Shown here piece by piece: positions 1 through 6,445 of a stretch of DNA of 21,454 nucleotides. How positions within the stretch are numbered: the stretch's first letter is position 1; the number at the start of each line of letters is the position of its first letter. The notes below the pieces were generated by a model, which ran no database searches, was not told the origin of the DNA, and saw only the letters and a program-made list of their open reading frames with translations. Origin of the DNA: an uncultured bacterium (GTDB lineage: Bacteria; CAIJMQ01). The stretch covers positions 1-21,454 of the forward strand of contig CAZNJA010000021.1 of the NCBI GenBank assembly GCA_964573245.1. The letters run 5' to 3'. The position numbers were made by a program, and so were the translations under genes.

Positions 1-469
1 ATTCCGCAGGGTGAATCAAATCAATTTTATTTAACACGATAGCAGGCTTTATGTTTCCGTCTTTTGCTATTGCAAGACATCTTTCTAAGCGATTTAGATT
101 ATAATCTCTGTCAACCGACTCTACGGCAAAGGTAATGTCAATATTTGCGGCAATAACTTGAGTTGCGTTTTTATCGCTATATTTTCTTTTTAACATTGTT
201 TTTCTTGGCAAGACTGCGTGAATTACGGCCCGCTCATAGTCAAGTTCGGTAATAGCCACCCAATCCCCGACGGCAGGATAATCTTCTCTTGATAAAGCAT
301 TAAACATTTGTCTGCCGGTTATTTTAGCCAAATATTCATTAGTAGTATTTTTTACTATATAAGCCTCTTTGTGTTCAGCTATAACACGCGCAACTAAGTA
401 GGCATCCAGCCCTAAAGTTTTGCGATTAGATGCAAAAAAAGCGTTATAACCTAAATCTTTCAGTTTCAT
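1..469 (-). CDS. rsgA: Ribosome small subunit-dependent GTPase A, 3' end runs off the window
   Basis: Manual translation from ATG 469: MKLKDLGYNAFF...ARVIAEHKEAYIV...YPAVGDWV...VLPRKTMLKRK...QVIAANID...YNLNRLER...IVLNKIDL. This is the RsgA OB-fold followed by the NKxD motif. Confidence 0.9.
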   Translation of the reverse strand, partial: MKLKDLGYNAFFASNRKTLGLDAYLVARVIAEHKEAYIVKNTTNEYLAKITGRQMFNALSREDYPAVGDWVAITELDYERAVIHAVLPRKTMLKRKYSDKNATQVIAANIDITFAVESVDRDYNLNRLERCLAIAKDGNIKPAIVLNKIDLIHPAE

Positions 470-492
470 TTTATTGTTCTGTAATTTCTAAA

Positions 493-574
493 CCCGTTAG
501 AAGCCTGCCTCGACAGCAAGACGGGTAAGTCGCCAGAGATAACTGCCACACCTTTGATGTGGACTTCTAATGGG
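493..574. mobile_element. Family A miniature palindromic element with a nested 22-nt hairpin (504-525)
   Basis: Termini ACCCGTTAGAAG (492-503) and CTTCTAATGGGT (564-575) pair 11/12. Removing 504-525 leaves a core matching the panC copy at 50/60 positions. Confidence 0.85.
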
Positions 575-575
575 T

Positions 576-2021
576 CTAATTTTTATGAAACCGTCTTGAT
601 CTATTGTTCCCTGTCCGTTCGCCACTGCTTCCATGGCGGGTTGACGAGGATGAGCGATTGCGTTTATGGGAGAATCGGCTGGGGCGTGAACCGCCTGAAT
701 GAGAACTCCCTGAGCGTGAACCACTTGGGTGTGAACCACCTGTGCGCGAACCACCTGAATGAGGACTCCCTGAGCGTGAACCACTTGGGTGCGAACCACC
801 TGCGCGTGAAGTGCCCGAATGAGAACGGTTGCGAGAATGTGACGACCCCTTATATCTGCCTGGAGAAAATTTATGAGCGCGGGCAGGAGGAAGGTCAGCC
901 GGAAGCGGTGAAATCGGAAGACTTTTTCTTATCAGACGTTCAATACGGTACAAATCACGCCGCTGCTGGGAAGTTGCGAATGAAATAGCATGTCCGTTAG
1001 CGCCGGCGCGGGCCGTTCGTCCGATTCGGTGCACATAATCTTCAGAGTTATCCGGAAGGTCATAATTAATTACCAGTTCAATGCCGATTACATCAATACC
1101 TCTTGAAGCAACATCGGTGGCTACTAATACGCGATATTTCCCTGATTTAAATCCTTGAAGCGCCTCACGGCGTTGGAAAAGGGAGCGGTTGGAATGAATC
1201 TCTGCGGCTCTATGTCCAATACTGCAAAGCACCTTCGTAAGTTTGCTTGCTCCGTGTTTTGTCCTTGTAAAAATAAGTGTCGGGCCGGAATATTGTTTGA
1301 GAAGTTTTTCCAATAGACGGGATTTCAAATCTTTTGAAATAATAAAAATTTCCTGTGTTACCTGTTTAACTGTTGTCCCGGTAGGAGCAACCTCTATTCT
1401 AATCGGAACTTTCATGTATTTCGTAGCCATATTCATAATTGCGTGAGGTATTGTCGCGGAGAAAAGCATTGTTTGTCGCTCACGCGGAAGCGCGTTGAAG
1501 ATTTGTCTAATTTGGGGCTCAAATCCCATGTCTAACATACGGTCTGCTTCATCAAGTACGACAATAAGAACATTTGCAAGCCGCACTGTTCTTTGCTCTA
1601 AATGGTCATTTAAACGACCCGGAGTAGCTATAATAACATGTGGATTTCTGTTAAGCGCTTGTATCTGGGGGCGTATTGACGTACCTCCGATAATAACAGC
1701 CGTTTTTAATCTCATATCTGCGCCGATTTGATGCAACGCTTCGTCAACTTGTATGGCAAGTTCCCGCGTGGGAACCACCACCAAGCCGCGCCCTTTTACT
1801 TGACATAGCTTTTGAAGCATCGGGATGCCAAACGCAATTGTCTTACCGGTGCCCGTCTGGGCAATACCTACTACATCCTTGCCCTGTATTGCTACCGGCA
1901 TGGCTTGACTTTGAATCGGGGTAGGTTCTTTATAGTTTAATTTTTCCAGTGTTCTTAAAAAACTAGGCATGATGCCCAGCCCAGAAAAAGCCGTATTTTG
2001 ATGTTGATGGTTTTGACTCAT
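576..2021 (-). CDS. DEAD-box ATP-dependent RNA helicase (RhlE/CshA-like) with a Ser/Gly/Arg-rich tail
   Basis: Motifs PTPIQ, AQTGTGKT, PTRELA, TPGRL, DEAD, SAT, ATDVASRGID, HRIGRTAR. Confidence 0.95.
   Translation of the reverse strand: MSQNHQHQNTAFSGLGIMPSFLRTLEKLNYKEPTPIQSQAMPVAIQGKDVVGIAQTGTGKTIAFGIPMLQKLCQVKGRGLVVVPTRELAIQVDEALHQIGADMRLKTAVIIGGTSIRPQIQALNRNPHVIIATPGRLNDHLEQRTVRLANVLIVVLDEADRMLDMGFEPQIRQIFNALPRERQTMLFSATIPHAIMNMATKYMKVPIRIEVAPTGTTVKQVTQEIFIISKDLKSRLLEKLLKQYSGPTLIFTRTKHGASKLTKVLCSIGHRAAEIHSNRSLFQRREALQGFKSGKYRVLVATDVASRGIDVIGIELVINYDLPDNSEDYVHRIGRTARAGANGHAISFATSQQRRDLYRIERLIRKSLPISPLPADLPPARAHKFSPGRYKGSSHSRNRSHSGTSRAGGSHPSGSRSGSPHSGGSRTGGSHPSGSRSGSSHSGGSRPSRFSHKRNRSSSSTRHGSSGERTGNNRSRRFHKN
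684..810 (-). repeat. Coding tandem repeat, about 2 x 60 nt built from 15-nt subunits, in the helicase tail
   Basis: 684-743 closely matches 744-803. Encodes SRAGGSHPSGSRSGSPHSGG / SRTGGSHPSGSRSGSSHSGG. Confidence 0.9.
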
Positions 2022-2144
2022 AAATTTTTATATACGAAGATTTTATAATTTAAGCCGGAAATAATCTTCTCGTCGGACACCTCAATATGTAGGTTTTCTA
2101 TCAATAGCATAATTACACCTTGAAAATATAAAAATTAACTGCAA

Positions 2145-2173
2145 AGAATAGCACGCAAAGCAATAAGTAGCAA
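2145..2173 (-). promoter_or_regulatory. Putative sigma70 promoter of the helicase gene
   Basis: TTGCTA (2173-2168), 17-nt spacer, TATTCT (2150-2145) preceded by TGn. Implies a 5' UTR of about 115 nt. Confidence 0.5.
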
Positions 2174-2190
2174 GTAAGTGTAAGAATTTT

Positions 2191-2219
2191 CTCCCACATC
2201 AAAATCTTTGGCGCGGAAG
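2191..2219. repeat. Degenerate family B 29-nt hairpin element downstream of ssrA
   Basis: 21/29 identical to the reverse complement of the mnmA insert, sharing the CAAAATCTTTGG core. Folds on the minus strand with G-U pairs. Confidence 0.6.
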
Positions 2220-2257
2220 TTTACAAAATATATCAAAGGCAGGAGGACAACTCAATA

Positions 2258-2613
2258 TGGTGGAGGTGACGGGAATCGAACCCGTGTCCATAGAAAAGCT
2301 CCTAAAAGGCAGCTACACGCTTGTTCCTTATTTTAGTTTAATTTCTCTCCTCTCCCAAGGACAAGATAAGAAAGAAACGAGTCTGGTTTTTTGTCCTTCT
2401 TGCCCTTCAGACCGAGAACAAGAAGTAAGCCCGTTTTCCTGCATCCTTAATGCCCAACAGGCAAAAGCGTATAAGGATGTCGACCGCTTTGTTAAGCGGC
2501 GAAAGCTACAGCTTCTTCAGCTTTTGTATTTTGTCAGGTTTTAACGAGGCCTCCTGACAACCTCGGCGTGCTCCTTTTAGCCGCTTGCTCCATGTCGATG
2601 CCTTGGCACCCCC
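2258..2613 (-). ncRNA. ssrA: tmRNA (transfer-messenger RNA)
   Basis: 5' GGGGGTG pairs with 3' CACCTCC-ACCA, including the G3-U alanine identity pair. T-loop GGTTCGATTCC. Tag frame at 2521-2492 encodes AEEAVAFAA*. Adjacent to smpB. Confidence 0.95.
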
Positions 2614-2620
2614 ATTAATA

Positions 2621-2770
2621 AAATAAAAAATTAAACATCAAATATCAAAAATACATATTAAAATTTAAAATGTAAAAAAAGAACAACCCAAACACTTGTT
2701 TTTTGTTTAGTTATTAAAAATTTTACATTTTGCATTGTCATTTTACTTTTTACCTTTTAATTTTTGATTT
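2621..2770. repeat. AT-rich imperfect inverted repeat with about 7-nt periodicity
   Basis: A-rich arm 2621-2672 aligns with the reverse complement of T-rich arm 2719-2770; (T/C)AAAA-type units recur. Confidence 0.6.
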
Positions 2771-2777
2771 ATTTTTC

Positions 2778-3227
2778 CTATCTTCCCTTTACCGCTTTTC
2801 TTATTTCCTTTTCCACATCGTGCTTTTTTAAGTCGGCGCGTTTATCAAATAGTTTTTTGGCTTTTGCAAGCCCGAGTTCTACTTTCGCCCAGCCCCTACT
2901 TGCGAAATAAATTTTTAACGGAATCAGCGCCAGCCCTTTTAAAGCAAACTTTCCCGCAAGCTTCTTAATTTCGTTTTTATGCAAAAGAAGTTTTCTTTTT
3001 CTGGTCGGAGCAGTGTTAAAAATGCTCCCCTCTTCGTAGGGGGTAATATGCATATTGTAAAGAAAAACCTCTCCATCTTCAACTTTTGCGAAAGCATCAA
3101 CGATACTTACATTCCCTTCACGCAAAGATTTAACCTCTGTTCCTTTAAGCACAAGCCCGGCTTCAAATTTGTCCGTAATATGATATTCGTGAAAAGCCCG
3201 CTTGTTTTGGATTACTTTTCCGGCCAT
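2778..3227 (-). CDS. smpB: SsrA-binding protein SmpB
   Basis: NKRAFHEY, EAGLVLKGTEVKSLR, RKRKLLLHK, KVELGLAKAKKLFDKR. ATG 3227 preferred over the upstream TTG in the ORF track. Confidence 0.97.
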   Translation of the reverse strand: MAGKVIQNKRAFHEYHITDKFEAGLVLKGTEVKSLREGNVSIVDAFAKVEDGEVFLYNMHITPYEEGSIFNTAPTRKRKLLLHKNEIKKLAGKFALKGLALIPLKIYFASRGWAKVELGLAKAKKLFDKRADLKKHDVEKEIRKAVKGR

Positions 3228-3233
3228 GCGGGG

Positions 3234-3261
3234 ATTGTACCCTAATAAAACCAAAAATCAA
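3234..3261 (-). promoter_or_regulatory. Putative promoter giving a leaderless smpB mRNA
   Basis: TTGATT (3261-3256), 16-nt spacer, TACAAT (3239-3234), then 6 nt to the ATG. No Shine-Dalgarno sequence. Confidence 0.5.
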
Positions 3262-3324
3262 ATCTTAAATAGCAAAGACAGAAACCAAAAACATAAAAAT
3301 ATATTTACATTTTTAATATGTATA

Positions 3325-3395
3325 TTCCCTCTGCAATTTTAAAAATTGCGAGGACTTAGTCCCTGAAATTGCAAAGCAATTTCTAGGGGTAATTT
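3325..3395 (-). repeat. Family C double-hairpin element embedded in an AT-rich array
   Basis: Hairpins at 3328-3353 and 3361-3388. Minus-strand ends AAATTACCCCTAGAAATT and CAGAGGGAA match the ends of the 18021-18098 element. Confidence 0.7.
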
Positions 3396-3425
3396 TTTAT
3401 TTTTGATATTTGATATTAAGCGAAG

Positions 3426-4046
3426 CTACGCTTCCTCAAACACTTCTGCCTCGAATATATAAATATTTGTGTCTTTATCTTTCCATGCATCTGGCGGCAG
3501 GCCTGCCTTGTGAGAGCATAAACAGGAGAGAAACTCTTCCTTTTTCCAGCCGGTTTCTTCGGCGACCTGTGGAAGAAATACGCCCTGATTAAACCCTTTT
3601 CGAACGATTACACCATGTATGCCCAGTTCAATTTCCTTAACATTTTTTATCTTTCTCGGTTGGGAAAGAACGGAAATCTCTATTTTTATATCCTTTAATT
3701 CGCTTTCCGTGACAGGTGGAAACCGCGGGTCCTGTGTGCTTGAGGCAATCGCCATATCCCGCACAGTTTGATAAAGCGGCTCACTGCTTACTATATGCCC
3801 AATACAGCCGCGCAACGACTCCTCATCATGTGGTTTGCTTTTGGCCCCCAAACCAGAGCGAGCCCCGCCTTGACGCGAGGCAGGTCGGTTCGGGGTAAAA
3901 TTTCTCAAAGTTACAAAAGCGCCGTAAGATTTTAATAGTTCAGGGTCGTCCTCGCTAAATTTAGTAATTTTTCTTTCTTTGATATATGTCTTGAGCGTCT
4001 GGCGAGCAATTTCTAATAATTTCTTCTTTTGTTCTTTGTTAAGCAT
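3426..4046 (-). CDS. amrA: AmmeMemoRadiSam system protein A (AMMECR1 domain) with an in-frame palindromic insert
   Basis: GAFVTL...LRGCIG, DPRFPPV, IEISVLS, GVFLPQVA, KAGL. ATG 4046 overlaps the end of the upstream gene. Confidence 0.9.
   Translation of the reverse strand: MLNKEQKKKLLEIARQTLKTYIKERKITKFSEDDPELLKSYGAFVTLRNFTPNRPASRQGGARSGLGAKSKPHDEESLRGCIGHIVSSEPLYQTVRDMAIASSTQDPRFPPVTESELKDIKIEISVLSQPRKIKNVKEIELGIHGVIVRKGFNQGVFLPQVAEETGWKKEEFLSCLCSHKAGLPPDAWKDKDTNIYIFEAEVFEEA
3846..3895. mobile_element. In-frame palindromic element with a nested hairpin (3864-3884)
   Basis: Coding-strand arms CCCCGAACC and GGTTTGGGG; inner CCTGCCT...AGGCGGG. Encodes about TPNRPASRQGGARSGLGA between VTLRNF and the LRGCIG region. 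Confidence 0.8.
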
Positions 4047-4536
4047 TTTTATTAAACAGTTGAACAATTGGTTTATGTGTGAAAAAGACGAAAAACATTA
4101 TATAAATTACAAGATCCCAAATTCCCATAAAGCTTATTGTAAATCTACCCATCAAAAACATTGTTATAAACCTACTAAGAATGACCAGAATAATTAGAGA
4201 TAATAACATCTTTCTCGCCCACGATTTCCTCAGAAACAGGGATATTCCAGATACTATAAAAGATGCCGAGAGGAGGAAGGAGAAAGCAAATAAATACAGA
4301 ACCGTTGCTTTATTTTGTATACCCCAAATTTCTTGCACTGCATCTAAATAGTAACTAAATGACTTTACAATTTCTGTAAAAATACTTGATCCCTCAACAT
4401 GAAGAATGAAGGCAATAACAATACTTGGCGCAAAAATAGCAAATACTTTTATCAAACCGTGTAAACATATACAAACTGCAATAAATCGTAACAAAAATAA
4501 AGGTTGTTCCAACTTTTGTTTAATCTTTAAAAGCAT
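4039..4536 (-). CDS. Hypothetical integral membrane protein, about 4 TM segments
   Basis: Hydrophobic ORF with an LFLRKSWAR loop, co-oriented between panC and amrA. ATG 4536 is the likely start; the ORF track start at 4578 is TTG. Confidence 0.7.
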   Translation of the reverse strand: MLLKIKQKLEQPLFLLRFIAVCICLHGLIKVFAIFAPSIVIAFILHVEGSSIFTEIVKSFSYYLDAVQEIWGIQNKATVLYLFAFSFLLSASFIVSGISLFLRKSWARKMLLSLIILVILSRFITMFLMGRFTISFMGIWDLVIYIMFFVFFTHKPIVQLFNKNA

Positions 4537-4545
4537 TTTCTTTTC

Positions 4546-4568
4546 CCGATAACCGAACACCGATAACC
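4546..4568. repeat. Heptamer tandem repeat CCGATAA-CCGAACA-CCGATAA-CC
   Basis: Directly visible just downstream of the panC stop. Confidence 0.6.
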
Positions 4569-4570
4569 AT

Positions 4571-5521
4571 TTACCCAATTATCATATTATCTATCAACCG
4601 CACTTTACCTATTCGGACCGCAAGTAATATTACCACTTCCCCGGTTATTTTTTTAACGGGTCGCAATGTTTTGGGTTCTCTTATTTCGATGTAATCGATA
4701 TTTAACCCTGCATCGTCCCGCCATTGTATCAGTGGCGGGTCTGGTGCAGGGCTTTCTTTCTTTATCATTGTTTGCATTCTTTTCTTAACTTTTTCGGCAT
4801 CGGTTGAGCCGTTTTTTATTAATTTCTTTGCTTCAATTAGTGAACGATAAAGAATTGTTGCGGATTTACACTCTTCTCTGCTTAAGTATGCATTTCTTGA
4901 ACTTTGGGCGAGGCCGTCTTTTGCCCTTACGGTTGGTAAGGTTTTTATTTTTGTATCTATGTTAAGGTCTTTGACCATTTTTTTAATTATGACTGCCTGC
5001 TGATAGTCCTTCTGTCCGAAATAACTCTTGTCCGGCTGGACGATGTTGAATAGTTTCAGCACGACAGTTGTAACGCCTCTAAAATGTCCGGGGCGAATTT
5101 TTCCTTCAAGAATACTGGATAATCCTGTTTCCTCCACATAGGTTGAGAAATTGTCGGGATTCACCCCGTTAGAAGTAAGTCGCCCAGGGCGACTGCCACG
5201 CCTTTGGTGTGGACTTTTAACGGGGTACATGTCTTCAACTGATGGGGCAAAGATTATATCAACACCTTCTTTTTTTGCGATGGTGTTATCGTGAGAGAAA
5301 TTTCTCGGATATTTTTTGTAGTCCTCTTTTGGCCCAAACTGCGTAGGGTTGACGAATATGCTTAATACGACGATGTCGTTTTCTTTTCGCGCTTTTTTTA
5401 TAAGCGAAACGTGTCCGTCGTGGAGCGCGCCCATTGTCGGGACAAAACCTATTGTTTTGCCTTTCTTTTTAAGGGTTTTTATTGTTGATGTTAATTTGTG
5501 TGGGGATTTAATTACTTTCAT
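4571..5521 (-). CDS. panC: Pantoate--beta-alanine ligase with two in-frame palindromic inserts
   Basis: GFVPTMGALHDGH, SIFVNPTQF, RPGHFRGVTTVV, FGQKDYQQ, DGLAQSSRN, RLIDN. Confidence 0.97.
   Translation of the reverse strand: MKVIKSPHKLTSTIKTLKKKGKTIGFVPTMGALHDGHVSLIKKARKENDIVVLSIFVNPTQFGPKEDYKKYPRNFSHDNTIAKKEGVDIIFAPSVEDMYPVKSPHQRRGSRPGRLTSNGVNPDNFSTYVEETGLSSILEGKIRPGHFRGVTTVVLKLFNIVQPDKSYFGQKDYQQAVIIKKMVKDLNIDTKIKTLPTVRAKDGLAQSSRNAYLSREECKSATILYRSLIEAKKLIKNGSTDAEKVKKRMQTMIKKESPAPDPPLIQWRDDAGLNIDYIEIREPKTLRPVKKITGEVVILLAVRIGKVRLIDNMIIG
4706..4751. mobile_element. In-frame palindromic element with a nested hairpin (4717-4739) in the panC C-terminal domain
   Basis: Outer arms CCCTGCATC and GGTGCAGGG; inner CCCGCCATTG-TAT-CAGTGGCGGG; flanked by TTAA at 4702-4705. 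Confidence 0.8.
5164..5225. mobile_element. Family A element, in frame in panC
   Basis: Termini ACCCCGTTAGAAGT and ACTTTTAACGGGGT pair 13/14. Two internal hairpins. Adds 22 aa between MYP and DNFSTYV. Confidence 0.9.
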
Positions 5522-5533
5522 GTTCTTTTAATA

Positions 5534-5608
5534 TGTCATTGCGAACAAAGTGAAAGGAGTGTGGCAATCTCACAAGATTGCTTCGTCGTTACACTCCTCG
5601 CAATGACA
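5534..5608. repeat. REP/RPE-like intergenic palindrome of the TGTCATTGCGA...TCGCAATGACA type
   Basis: Perfect 11-bp terminal inverted repeats (5534-5544 and 5598-5608) and an internal GCAATCT/AGATTGC stem. Confidence 0.85.
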
Positions 5609-5617
5609 GTATATTGT

Positions 5618-5676
5618 AATCTGTGTAATCCCCGCCTGCTGCGAAGCGGGCAGGTCTTTTTAAAATCAGTGTAATC
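5618..5676. repeat. AATC(T/A)GTGTAATC direct repeats enclosing a family D hairpin (5631-5654)
   Basis: 5618-5630 and 5664-5676 match 12/13, with CCCGCCTGCT-GCGA-AGCGGGCAGG between them. Confidence 0.7.
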
Positions 5677-6445
5677 ATTTATATTCCCGAGCTATTTCCT
5701 CTGCCCTGCCTATTCTATCATCAACATGCGGATGGGTTGAGAAAAACACCTCTATTTGTGAAGGAGTTCTTTTATATTGTTCTTTCAATATTTTTAAAAA
5801 TTCAACCATTCCATAAGGGTCGTAACCTGCTTTTGCGGCATATGTTATGCCGAGTTCATCCGCCTGAAATTCGTCGTTTCTTGAGTATCCCAAAGAGGTT
5901 AAATTGAATGTTAGATTTGCGAGGTTTTGTATGTCGCGGTCGCTTCCTCTTAATAAAATGCTGTAAATCATGGAATAACCGATTTGAGATTCTACTCTTT
6001 TGATTCCGTGTCGCGCGTTGACGTGTCCGATCTCATGTCCCAAAACACAGGCGAGCTGGTCGTCGTTTTCAGCTTCTTTTAGAAGCCCTTCCGTCACATA
6101 TATGTAGCCGCCGGGCAGAGCCAAAGCGTTCACATCCTCCACTTTTAAAATTCCGAATTTATAAGGAAGATGAGGTCTGCCGCTTGCTTTCGCGACTCTT
6201 AGTCCTATTTTTGTAAGATAGATGTTAAGCCTCTCATCCTTTACTATGCCGTGTTTTCTCTCCAAGGACGCGGCGGCTTCTTTTCCTATCTGGATTTCTT
6301 GTTTTTCTCCTATCAGGGTTGACTCGTCTTTGCCGGTGACGGGGTTATAGACGGTAGCACAACCTATGAGAAATAAAGACAAGAAAAATAAAAGAAGGTA
6401 TTCGGTTTTCGGTATTCGGTTTTCGGGACTTATTTTAAATCTCAT
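5675..6445 (-). CDS. M48-family Zn metallopeptidase lipoprotein (BepA/YfgC-like catalytic domain)
   Basis: Lipobox LIGC, NALALPGG, HEIGH, YSRNDEFQAD, STHP. Confidence 0.9.
   Translation of the reverse strand: MRFKISPENRIPKTEYLLLFFLSLFLIGCATVYNPVTGKDESTLIGEKQEIQIGKEAAASLERKHGIVKDERLNIYLTKIGLRVAKASGRPHLPYKFGILKVEDVNALALPGGYIYVTEGLLKEAENDDQLACVLGHEIGHVNARHGIKRVESQIGYSMIYSILLRGSDRDIQNLANLTFNLTSLGYSRNDEFQADELGITYAAKAGYDPYGMVEFLKILKEQYKRTPSQIEVFFSTHPHVDDRIGRAEEIAREYK
6397..6426. repeat. Heptamer tandem repeat (GGTATTC-GGTTTTC)x2 in the M48 5' coding region
   Basis: Perfect 14-nt duplication; encodes PENRIPKTEY ahead of the hydrophobic signal region. Confidence 0.7.

Noticed and set aside
684-810. 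Possible CRISPR array
   Set aside because: Contiguous tandem units with no unique spacers, in frame within a CDS, and no cas genes in the window.
497-988. ORFs 497-799 (-) and 554-988 (+) with repetitive peptides
   Set aside because: Alternative frames of the helicase tail repeat and the adjacent palindrome; no independent coding evidence.
1-2257. Genomic island integrated at the ssrA 3' end
   Set aside because: No integrase or duplicated ssrA 3' fragment is visible in the window, and the downstream genes are housekeeping types.
2257-2544. 95-aa ORF, or a tRNA gene at 2258
   Set aside because: The ORF is antisense to tmRNA, and the tRNA-like end belongs to ssrA.
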